A stretch of 64,000 nt of DNA from an uncultured Actinomycetales bacterium. Lineage in GTDB: Bacteria > Actinomycetota > Actinomycetes > S36-B12. The position numbers were made by a program, and so were the translations under genes. Below, piece by piece: positions 29,036-36,746 of this stretch (position 1 is its first letter; each line of letters begins with the position of its first letter). The stretch lies in assembly GCA_913063435.1 (NCBI GenBank), contig CAJXYI010000001.1, positions 77,246 to 141,245 of the forward strand. Reading direction: 5' to 3'. Under the pieces are notes generated by a model. The model was not told the origin of the DNA. It ran no database searches and saw nothing but the letters and a program-made list of their open reading frames with translations.

Positions 29036-29865
29036 GGACGCGCCCGGGTGCCGATGGGTTCTCGCACGTTGCGTTCCCGCCATTCGGTCCAGGCCCAGGG
29101 CACCACGACGATCCCCATCAGCACACCTCCCCAGAGGGCGACAGCCGGCCGAGAGAAGAACGCCGCATTGGCCAGGATGTTCGACAGGTACACCCACGCG
29201 AGCATCACGGTGGGGACACCGTCGCGGTCATGGTTCCGGCGGGGAAGGAGGCTGAGCAGGCCGATCATCACCAGTGCGGTGAGCAGCCAACCCAGGTAAT
29301 TGCCCATGGGAATCCCCGGCACCCCCCACAGCGCGGGGGTGGGATCGGCCCACACCCAGTGCCCCTCGGCGACCATCTGGGAGTCGAGGAACACATCCCA
29401 GGTCGCCAACAGCCAGGCGCCGATGACGGTCACACCGATACGGGACCGGGTCAGGCGCTGGGCGGCCAAGAGGGCGGGGTAGGCCATCATCGCCCAGGCC
29501 AGCGGAATCACCAGGGGAACACCGAGGAGCTTCACCCCGAGACTGTCGGTGTAGTCGTAGACACCGAAGGGGAATCCGGTCGATCGACCGACTGCTTCGA
29601 CGACGAGCCCAAGGCCCACGGCGATCACCAGATAGGCGACCGTCCATGCTGCTCCGCGGGTGATCCAGGCGTGTGAGGCACTCGCGAGGAAGAACGTGAT
29701 CACCGTTCCGATGGTGATCGCGTCCCGGGCGGATCCGGCCAGCACCCAGACGATGTGGCCGAGGATCGTCACAGTCGCAAAAATCCAGGGAATGATGAGC
29801 AGCCTTCGGTGGACACCGGAGGTTCGGACTGCTTGGTCGGACACGACATCCGAGCCTAGCCTCAA
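29032..29865 (-). CDS. carotenoid biosynthesis membrane protein (DUF422/CruF-like, candidate carotenoid 1,2-hydratase)
   Basis: 277 aa polytopic. GRSTGFPFGVYDYTDSLG matches the FPFG.Y.Y block I recall for this family. Confidence 0.65.
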   Translation of the reverse strand: MRLGSDVVSDQAVRTSGVHRRLLIIPWIFATVTILGHIVWVLAGSARDAITIGTVITFFLASASHAWITRGAAWTVAYLVIAVGLGLVVEAVGRSTGFPFGVYDYTDSLGVKLLGVPLVIPLAWAMMAYPALLAAQRLTRSRIGVTVIGAWLLATWDVFLDSQMVAEGHWVWADPTPALWGVPGIPMGNYLGWLLTALVMIGLLSLLPRRNHDRDGVPTVMLAWVYLSNILANAAFFSRPAVALWGGVLMGIVVVPWAWTEWRERNVREPIGTRARP

Positions 29866-29976
29866 TCGTGGGATGGCGGACTAGGCTGCCGGTGGCAGAC
29901 CGCGACGATCGCCCCTGTGACTGAGCTACGGGGTGGCTCGTTCGTCGAGTTCGTTGCGGCGATTGGGAGGTGGACG

Positions 29977-31128
29977 ATGGCGCGCAAGTCCAAGGCTGAC
30001 AAGGCAGCGGTTCGACCACCCGACCCGCAGCCGTATGCGACTCCGGACCTGGTGTCGCCGCAGATGCGGCGGATCGGCGGATATGCCTGGCGTCTATCGG
30101 CGATCGGCGTCGTCGGGTTCGGCCTGCTCCTGCTTCTGGGTCCCGTCCAGGCCCTGGCGTTGGCGATCTTCTTCGCACTCCTCGTCGCCGCATGGCTGAT
30201 GCCCCTGACCAATTGGATGGCCCGGGTCATGCCCAGGGGGCTCGCCGCCACGATCGCCATCTTGTTGTTCATCGTCGCCGTCGGTCTGGTGGTGTTCTTC
30301 ATCGGGCTGTCCACGGCGAGTCAGTGGGAGGGCATCGCCGCGGCGTTCCGACAGGGCGTGACCGACCTCGAGGTCTGGCTGCGTGAGGGGCCGTTCCAGG
30401 TCACCGACGCCCAGGTCACCGAGGCGTACGAAGCCGTCGTGAACTTCATCCGCGAATCGGGCGGAGACATCGCCCTGGGCGTACTGTCCGGGCTGGGTAG
30501 CGTCCTCGGACTGGGCACCGCACTCGCCGGTGGCCTGTTCGTACTCGTCTTCGCGCTCTCCCAGCCCGAGCGCATGCTCACGTGGTTCATCGGCTGGATG
30601 CCGCGGCGCAACCGTCAGGTGATCGAGGACTCGGTGCGCATCGCGTGGGAGGGCTTCTCGCAGTACTCCCAGGGAGTCGTGCTCGTCGCGATCACGAATG
30701 CGACCGTGGTGACGATCGTGCTGCTCATCATGGGGGTGCCGCTGGCGATTCCGCTGGGCATCATCGTGTTCTTCGGTGCGTTCATTCCCTATATCGGTGC
30801 ACCGATCGCGATGTTCCTCGCGGCATTCGTCGCTTTGGTGACCAACGGCCCGCTAGCCGGCGCTTTGGTCGTAGTGCTGATCTTCATCATCGGACAGCTC
30901 GAGGGCAATGTGCTCCAGCCGCTCATCATGGGCAAGACGGTCAACCTTCATCCGATGGCGATCGTGTTGGTGACGGCTGCGGGCGCGGCCTACTTCGGGT
31001 TGATCGGTGCCCTGATCGGCGTACCACTCGCTGCCGGCGTGTATGGGGTGATGAAGTACCTGCGTGGCGATCCGGTTCCCCTGGACGAACCGGAGCCATC
31101 CGCAGAGAACGACGGTAATCAGGACTAA
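29977..31128 (+). CDS. AI-2E family transporter (UPF0118/PerM-like)
   Basis: ORF-track start 29917. ATG 29977 is preferred because of the GGGAGG 7 nt upstream. About 8 TM helices with typical AI-2E length and layout. Confidence 0.6.
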   Translation: MARKSKADKAAVRPPDPQPYATPDLVSPQMRRIGGYAWRLSAIGVVGFGLLLLLGPVQALALAIFFALLVAAWLMPLTNWMARVMPRGLAATIAILLFIVAVGLVVFFIGLSTASQWEGIAAAFRQGVTDLEVWLREGPFQVTDAQVTEAYEAVVNFIRESGGDIALGVLSGLGSVLGLGTALAGGLFVLVFALSQPERMLTWFIGWMPRRNRQVIEDSVRIAWEGFSQYSQGVVLVAITNATVVTIVLLIMGVPLAIPLGIIVFFGAFIPYIGAPIAMFLAAFVALVTNGPLAGALVVVLIFIIGQLEGNVLQPLIMGKTVNLHPMAIVLVTAAGAAYFGLIGALIGVPLAAGVYGVMKYLRGDPVPLDEPEPSAENDGNQD

Positions 31129-31165
31129 CAGCAGCTCGTTAGTCCGCTTTAGCGTCGTTTTCGGC
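31122..31165 (+). terminator. candidate intrinsic terminator after the AI-2E gene
   Basis: GGACTAAC (31122-29) pairs with GTTAGTCC (31138-45), with an 8-nt loop, followed by T-rich GCTTTAGCGTCGTTTTCGG. The stem is short and only half GC. Confidence 0.3.
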
Positions 31166-31180
31166 CGTAGGACAGCCGTG

Positions 31181-31894
31181 TCATGGTGCCAGTGTGCCGA
31201 TGCGGAAGACCTCCAACCAGCCTTCGGCCTCGGCTTGGCCATCGTGTGCGCCGTTGAACGACCCGGAGGCATCGCGACCGCACATCCCGATGACCGCTCC
31301 GGCGCCAGCGGGATGCCGGGAAATGAATCCCGTGAGGTCGTAGACCGTGCCGTCGACGACCGACCAGCAGTCCTCCGATGAGGCGTGCTCGGCAACCTCC
31401 GCGAGCGTGATCGGTCCGGTGATGGATGCGGCGCTGGCCGGTGGTTGACGGGCGGCCTCCATCTGCTCCTTCCAGACCGCCTCGGCACCCGAGTGTCCCG
31501 CCAGGTAGGTCAACACCATGATTCCCGCACCGGCGCTCACCGCGGCGACATCGGCTGCCCGTTTCGCCCATGTCCACCCTTGAAGATGCCAGGTGAAGAT
31601 CCACAGTCCGGTGATCGCGGAGAACGCCATCGCAGCGATAGTGAGGTAGTTGCCCCAGTCGGCATGGTCCGCGGGGAGTCCGACGGCGGCGGAGAGGGAG
31701 TCGCCGGATACCTTCGCGAGGTAGGAACCGATCGCACCGAGGACGGTCCCGCCGAGGATGACCCATTGGAAACTGTTGCGCCAGCGGGTGACGAAACTGG
31801 TCACGATCATGCCGATGGCGGCCAGGGGGAGCAGGACGACGACACCATGCACGACCAGTGGGTGCAGGGGAAGGCCACCGAGTAGTTCAGGCAT
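31181..31894 (-). CDS. membrane protein (DUF2231-like, ~4 TM) fused to a C-terminal cytochrome b5-like heme-binding domain
   Basis: ORF-track 347 aa trimmed to ATG 31894 (MPELLGGLPLHPLVVHG...). The C-terminus ITLAEVAEHASSEDCWSVVDGTVYDLTGFISRHPAGAGAVIGMCGRDASGSFNGAH aligns with the cytochrome b5 signature (HPGG ... G.DAT..F...H). Confidence 0.7.
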   Translation of the reverse strand: MPELLGGLPLHPLVVHGVVVLLPLAAIGMIVTSFVTRWRNSFQWVILGGTVLGAIGSYLAKVSGDSLSAAVGLPADHADWGNYLTIAAMAFSAITGLWIFTWHLQGWTWAKRAADVAAVSAGAGIMVLTYLAGHSGAEAVWKEQMEAARQPPASAASITGPITLAEVAEHASSEDCWSVVDGTVYDLTGFISRHPAGAGAVIGMCGRDASGSFNGAHDGQAEAEGWLEVFRIGTLAP

Positions 31895-32095
31895 GGGCGA
31901 GCCCTTCCGTCCGGGTCGTCGTATCCTCCCCTGGCAGGTGGAGGAGCTCCCACAGCGTGAGGCGTGTTTCACGGTAGTCGACGTCCTTGAGGCTGTCCCG
32001 AGCCCGGGTGGTGTCCTCGAGGAGTACGGTGTGAACGTCAAGGGCGTGAACGTCGAATGAGTAGGCGATGAGGCGGCGATGCCCCGACGGCGGCG

Positions 32096-32180
32096 GGGGT
32101 GCCGCTGGTGATGCGCACGAGTGCGTCGTCGACGATCGTCCGGCTCGGAGATGGGTGGCCGACCGGTGCGGCGCCCCCTG
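32096..32180 (-). pseudogene. degenerate remnant of a ybaK-like gene 3' end
   Basis: The minus-strand frame reads ...AGGAAPVGHPSPSRTIVDDALVRITSGTPAAVGAS. The intact copy reads GGVAPIGHPSPIRTIVDFDL[~25 aa]ELVRITGGTPADVGA. Nucleotide blocks match at about 24/26 and 41/51, with a ~75-nt internal deletion. No start codon or upstream YbaK sequence is present. Confidence 0.7.
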
Positions 32181-32230
32181 CGGTTACCGCAACTCGTCTC
32201 GACGGACTTGTGACGGCGTACCATGGGGTC

Positions 32231-32395
32231 ATGACCCTGCCGGCTCGCTCCACGTGGGATTCCGCTCGCGACCTCGTGGGAGACCAGCCGCCCTCGGTTG
32301 ACGACGTGCCGACGACCTTGGCCGGTGAGCCCCTGGATACCGCAGACAAGGTTCGCGACTTCCTCGAACGCCTCGCCGCCTCACGAAGCTCTTGA
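32231..32395 (+). CDS. small hypothetical protein (54 aa), candidate partner of the downstream nucleotidyltransferase
   Basis: ATG 32231 lies inside ORF-track 32099..32395; the upstream part is antisense to the ybaK remnant. The stop is 6 nt before the next start. Codon third positions are mostly G/C. No known motif. Confidence 0.35.
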   Translation: MTLPARSTWDSARDLVGDQPPSVDDVPTTLAGEPLDTADKVRDFLERLAASRSS

Positions 32396-32401
32396 TGTTT
32401 C

Positions 32402-32938
32402 GTGAGCGATCAGGACTCGGCAGGCGCTTTCGATCCTGATCGCATCCTTGCCGTCCTCGACGCGCACGGAGTCGCGTACGTGCTCGTCGGCGGTGTCGCT
32501 GCCAGGGCTCACGGCGCGAGCCGAGCAACAGCTGATATCGATTGCGTGCCGTCCACCGATGCGGTGAACCTGGAACGCCTTGCAGAGGCGCTCCGTGAAA
32601 TCGGGGCGCGATTGCGGGTCGCTGGCATGTCGGACGCCGAGGCGAAGGCGCTTCCGTTGCGGCTTGATGGTGTGACGCTCGCGGGGTTCGGGAGCTCGAC
32701 ATGGATGACGGACGCCGGGCCGCTGGATCTGCTCGTGGAATTGCGGGACCCCTCCGGAGGTCGTCACCCCTACGAGGATCTCGTCAGTCGTGCGTCCGAT
32801 ATCGCTGTGGGCGGCGTGATCGTGAGTATCGCTTCGCTGGGCGACATCGTTGCTTCGAAGCAGTTTGCGGCACGACCCAAGGACATAGAGGCTCTCCCAG
32901 AGTTGCTCGAGCTGATAGAAAGCCTCGACGTCGACTAG
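32402..32938 (+). CDS. minimal nucleotidyltransferase-fold protein (178 aa)
   Basis: YVLVGGVAARAHGASRATADIDCV fits the pol-beta-superfamily G[GS]-x(9-13)-D-x-D pattern. The C-terminal KQFAARPKDIEAL resembles the K/R..KD motif I recall in AbiEii/DUF1814-type NTases. Confidence 0.6.
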   Translation: MSDQDSAGAFDPDRILAVLDAHGVAYVLVGGVAARAHGASRATADIDCVPSTDAVNLERLAEALREIGARLRVAGMSDAEAKALPLRLDGVTLAGFGSSTWMTDAGPLDLLVELRDPSGGRHPYEDLVSRASDIAVGGVIVSIASLGDIVASKQFAARPKDIEALPELLELIESLDVD

Positions 32939-33414
32939 GCACCAACGTCGGCTGGAGTGCCGCCGGTGATGCGCACGAGCTCATCGAACGTCGTCGGGAA
33001 GACGTAGTGCGGATGGCCGCCCGCTGCCCACACCTCGTCGTACTTGCCTAGGTCGAAGTCGACAATCGTGCGAATCGGAGAGGGATGGCCGATCGGCGCG
33101 ACGCCGCCGATGGCGAACCCGGTTGCCTGACGGACGTCATCGGCGTTCGCTTTCCCGATCTCCACACCGTCGAGCAATGCCGACAGCTTGGACGTATCGA
33201 CGCGGTGACCCCCCGAGGCCACGACCAGCACTGCCTGGCCATCAGCCATGAAGATCAACGACGACGCGATTTGCGCGGGAACGATGCCGAGCGCCTCGGC
33301 GGCCTCTTTCGCCGTGCGCGCGGAGTCATCGAGGCGACGAACCTGACCGGGGACACCCTCGGCGGCAAGTGCCTCGCGCACGCGGATGACCGACTCCTGC
33401 TCCTGATCTGCCAT
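32935..33414 (-). CDS. YbaK/EbsC-family aminoacyl-tRNA editing (trans-deacylase) domain protein
   Basis: ORF-track 178 aa trimmed to ATG 33414. SLIFMADGQAVLVVASGGHRVD..., FAIGGVAPIGHP and a YbaK-like C-terminus. Confidence 0.7.
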   Translation of the reverse strand: MADQEQESVIRVREALAAEGVPGQVRRLDDSARTAKEAAEALGIVPAQIASSLIFMADGQAVLVVASGGHRVDTSKLSALLDGVEIGKANADDVRQATGFAIGGVAPIGHPSPIRTIVDFDLGKYDEVWAAGGHPHYVFPTTFDELVRITGGTPADVGA

Positions 33415-33627
33415 GGCGGGCAGATTACCGACTCGATTCGAGCATGGATATGGCCTCACCGGCGATGCCAACCCGATGATCCCGGGCGGATTTTCACCCT
33501 GTGGATGACGAAGCGGCGCTGCAGCAGGCGCAGGGGAGTCAGGCTAGGCTGCAAATTCGATATTTGACGCCCGGATGTGGCGTGGAACGCGGTACGGATC
33601 GATAGGGAATCGAGGTGACAGGTCGAC

Positions 33628-36396
33628 GTGCTCGCTGCCTCTGTGGCGCTCATGGGAGCGGGGGCGTTGATCGCGCCGCTCCTCGTTCGATACCTGGGTC
33701 GATACACCGGATATCCGCTTGCCCTCATCTTCTTGATCTCCGGAGTCCTGCTCCTCATTGATGCCCCCGAGGTGATGAGTGGAGCCACGGTCACCGAGTC
33801 CTGGCAGTGGGTGGAAACCTTCGACGTCGAGTTCACCCTGCGCCTGAACGGCTTGTCATTGCTCTTCGCAGTGCTCGTCCTCGGCGTAGGAGTGCTCGTC
33901 CTCAGCTACGCGCCGCAGTATCTCGACCCGAGCTATGAAGTGGGTCGCCTCTATACGGTGTTGACGCTGTTCGCGGGCGCGATGCTCGGCCTGGTTCTCG
34001 CCGGTGATCTCATCCTGCTCGTCGTGTTCTGGGAGATCACGACGCTGAGCAGCTTCCTGCTCGTTGCCGGCAGTGGCACCACAGGAGTCTGGCCCGCCGT
34101 TCGTGCCCTCGTCATCACCGGTATCGGCGGTCTCGCCCTGGTCGGTGCCGTGGTGATGCTCGCGCTGCGAACCCAGACCACGAATATCGAGCAAGCGATC
34201 GCCCTCGCCCCCGAAGCACTGACCGCGACCGATATCGCCATCATCGGACCGCTGATCGTCATCGCGGCCTTCACCAAATCAGCCCAACTGCCCTTCCACT
34301 TCTGGCTACCCGGAGCGATGGTCGCGGTCACCCCCGTGAGCGCCTATCTGCATGCGGCCACCCTGGTGAAGGCCGGCATCTATCTGCTGTTGCTGTTCTC
34401 CCCACTGTTCACCGAGGTCGCCGCGTGGCACATCACCCTGATGGGTATCGGTCTGGCCACCGCGGTCTTCGGAGCATTCCAGGCGCTGCGCCAATGGGAC
34501 CTGAAATCCCTGCTCGCCTATTCGACGGTCAGCCAGTTGGGCACGATGGTCGCCCTGGTCGGTGTCGGGACATCCGCATCGCTGGCCGCCGCCGCCTTGC
34601 TCGTCGCCGCGCACGCGTTATTCAAAGCGACGCTGTTCATGCTGGTCGGCATCGTCGATCGCGAGGCGGGCAGCCGCAATCTCGCCGATCTGTCCGGGCT
34701 GTGGCGTGCGATGCCGATCACCGCCGGATTGACCGGACTGGCTGCCATGTCGATGGCCGGATTCCCGCCACTTGTGGGATTCGTCGCCAAGGAGGAATCC
34801 TTCTACGCATTCCTCGACACACCCTCGGCTTCCTGGACTGCTGATCAGGCATGGCTCGGTGTCGCGGCAGCGGCGATCGCGGTGATCGGGGCCGCACTCA
34901 CCCTGGCATACAGCGCTCGCATCTTCTTCGGTGCGTTCTTCGGTCCGTTGACCCAGCGCAATCTGTACGAGCCGTCCTGGTTGTTCCTCGCACCAGCGGT
35001 CGTCCCCGCCATCGCCGGGCTGGTCCTCGGCGTGGCCCCGTGGCTGCTCAATGGAATCATCGATCGCACCAGCCAGGATGTCGGATTCCCCCTGGTGCAA
35101 TCCGATCTCAGCCTCTGGCATGGCCTCAGCGTGGCCCTCGGATTATCGATCATCGCGATCACCCTCGGTTTGATCATCCACTTCCGTCGCGAATCGCTCC
35201 TTCGCTGGCTCGGTCAGGACACCCCGCGCTCCATCGCTCCGGAGATCTTCGACCGCATCTGGTATGCGACCTTGGATCTGGGAGCGCGCGTCGGTCGCAC
35301 AGCGCACTCGGCATCGGTGGGCGTGCAACTCAGTGGTGTCGCAATCCTGCTCCTGGCCCTGACCGTCGGTGGATTCGTTCTCATTCCCGGCTCGACAGAC
35401 GGGCTTGGTCCGGTTCTTCCCGACGTCATGCAACCGGTGGATGTTGCGATCCTCATCCTGCTGGTTCCGGCCGTCATCCTGCTGGCCCGTGCGCGAACCG
35501 CGATCGCGGCGCTCGTCCTCGCCGGTTTCGTCGGCCTGATCATCTCGCTGTGGCTGCTGTTGCTCGGAGCTCCCGATGTCGCGCTCACTCTGCTGCTCGT
35601 GGAGATTCTGACAGTGGTGGTCGCCGCCCCGGTGCTGTCTCGACTTCCTGCGCATCGAGGCCTCGGCAGCTCGACGCGAGCGGCGGTCAGTGCCGTCGTC
35701 GTGGGTGCGATCAGCGGATTGGCCGTATGGGTGTTCACCGGCCGACGAGAGGCTTCATCCCTTTCGGACTACTTCCTGGCCGAAGCCGAAGGACTCACCG
35801 GTGGGACGAACGTGGTCAATACGATCCTGGTGGATTTCCGAGGCTTGGACACCCTGGGTGAGATCACCGTGCTGTTCGCCGCAGCGCTCGGTCTGCTCGC
35901 CGCTGGGGTGATCACCGTGAAGGGTCGCGGTGAGGGTGTCCTCGGCCAGGGGGAGCAGGCGGTCCTCAGGGTCGGCTCCCGAGTCATCATCCCGCTGCTG
36001 CTCATCGCAGCCGCGGTCTTGTTCTGGCGGGGACACGACGAACCCGGCGGCGGTTTCATCGCGGGCCTCGTCGCAGGCTCCGCTCTCGCGGTCGCTGGGA
36101 TCTCCGGCGTCCACGTCCGCCTACCCAGGCCGAGGGTGATCCTGGCCCTGGGACTGGGTATCGCGTTGGCATCTGGAGTTCTGGGTCAGGTTCTCGGGGG
36201 AACCTTCCTCGAGCCGTTCAAGTTCGATGTCCCTGTCCTGGGATCCTTGACGACCTCGTTGATCTTCGATCTGGGAGTGTTCCTCGTCGTGGTGGGCCTG
36301 GTTCGCACAGCTCTGCAGCGCCTCGACGGACTCGATTCCGATACCGAGGAAGACGAGCATCACCATGACCCCGATCCGGTGCGGGTGCTGCCATGA
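33628..36396 (+). CDS. mrpA: Na+/H+ antiporter subunit A (fused MrpA/MrpB, group-2 Mrp)
   Basis: 922 aa polytopic NuoL-like protein. First gene of a six-gene overlapping operon. Confidence 0.85.
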   Translation: MLAASVALMGAGALIAPLLVRYLGRYTGYPLALIFLISGVLLLIDAPEVMSGATVTESWQWVETFDVEFTLRLNGLSLLFAVLVLGVGVLVLSYAPQYLDPSYEVGRLYTVLTLFAGAMLGLVLAGDLILLVVFWEITTLSSFLLVAGSGTTGVWPAVRALVITGIGGLALVGAVVMLALRTQTTNIEQAIALAPEALTATDIAIIGPLIVIAAFTKSAQLPFHFWLPGAMVAVTPVSAYLHAATLVKAGIYLLLLFSPLFTEVAAWHITLMGIGLATAVFGAFQALRQWDLKSLLAYSTVSQLGTMVALVGVGTSASLAAAALLVAAHALFKATLFMLVGIVDREAGSRNLADLSGLWRAMPITAGLTGLAAMSMAGFPPLVGFVAKEESFYAFLDTPSASWTADQAWLGVAAAAIAVIGAALTLAYSARIFFGAFFGPLTQRNLYEPSWLFLAPAVVPAIAGLVLGVAPWLLNGIIDRTSQDVGFPLVQSDLSLWHGLSVALGLSIIAITLGLIIHFRRESLLRWLGQDTPRSIAPEIFDRIWYATLDLGARVGRTAHSASVGVQLSGVAILLLALTVGGFVLIPGSTDGLGPVLPDVMQPVDVAILILLVPAVILLARARTAIAALVLAGFVGLIISLWLLLLGAPDVALTLLLVEILTVVVAAPVLSRLPAHRGLGSSTRAAVSAVVVGAISGLAVWVFTGRREASSLSDYFLAEAEGLTGGTNVVNTILVDFRGLDTLGEITVLFAAALGLLAAGVITVKGRGEGVLGQGEQAVLRVGSRVIIPLLLIAAAVLFWRGHDEPGGGFIAGLVAGSALAVAGISGVHVRLPRPRVILALGLGIALASGVLGQVLGGTFLEPFKFDVPVLGSLTTSLIFDLGVFLVVVGLVRTALQRLDGLDSDTEEDEHHHDPDPVRVLP

Positions 36397-36746
36397 GCCT
36401 CGCGATCGCCGTAGCGCTTCTCACCGGGGCGGGGACGTGGCTGCTCGTTCGCGGCGGAGCCGTGCGACTCATCCTGGGCTTCATCCTCCTCGGCCATGCT
36501 GCGAATCTGGTGATCATCGCTGCAGGTGGCACTGATCGCCGAGTCGCACCCATCGTTGATGGGAGCACACCACTCGACGCCGCCGCTGATCCGCTTCCTC
36601 AGGCGTTCGTGCTCACCGCCATCGTGATCACCTTCGGTGTCACGGTGTATCTGCTCGGTCTCGTCGCGCGAATCGCCAAGAAATCACCGAGCAGCGAGCT
36701 CGAAGAGGAATTCGATTCCGATGATGAGGGGGTGGGTAACCGATGA
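36393..36746 (+). CDS. mrpC: Na+/H+ antiporter subunit C
   Basis: 117 aa NuoK-like protein. ATGA overlap with mrpA. Confidence 0.8.
   Translation: MSLAIAVALLTGAGTWLLVRGGAVRLILGFILLGHAANLVIIAAGGTDRRVAPIVDGSTPLDAAADPLPQAFVLTAIVITFGVTVYLLGLVARIAKKSPSSELEEEFDSDDEGVGNR

Noticed and set aside
31887-32060. Coding-looking stretch between the cyt-b5 gene and the ybaK remnant. The minus frame reads SFDVHALDVHTVLLEDTTRARDSLKDVDYRETRLTLWELLHLPGEDTTTRTEGLAHA-stop, overlapping the next ATG. The plus frame is a 55-aa ORF from ATG 31893.
   Set aside because: The minus frame has no ATG/GTG/TTG start. The plus and minus frames share third positions, so G/C periodicity cannot discriminate between them. I recognised no motif. 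It is left unannotated and may be a relic or a small gene.
33415-33627. The 213-nt divergent region upstream of mrpA, considered as a possible riboswitch or small gene.
   Set aside because: I could see no recognisable riboswitch core, no ORF and no strong structure. It is most simply two divergent promoters, with a local AT-richer patch AAATTCGATATTTGAC.
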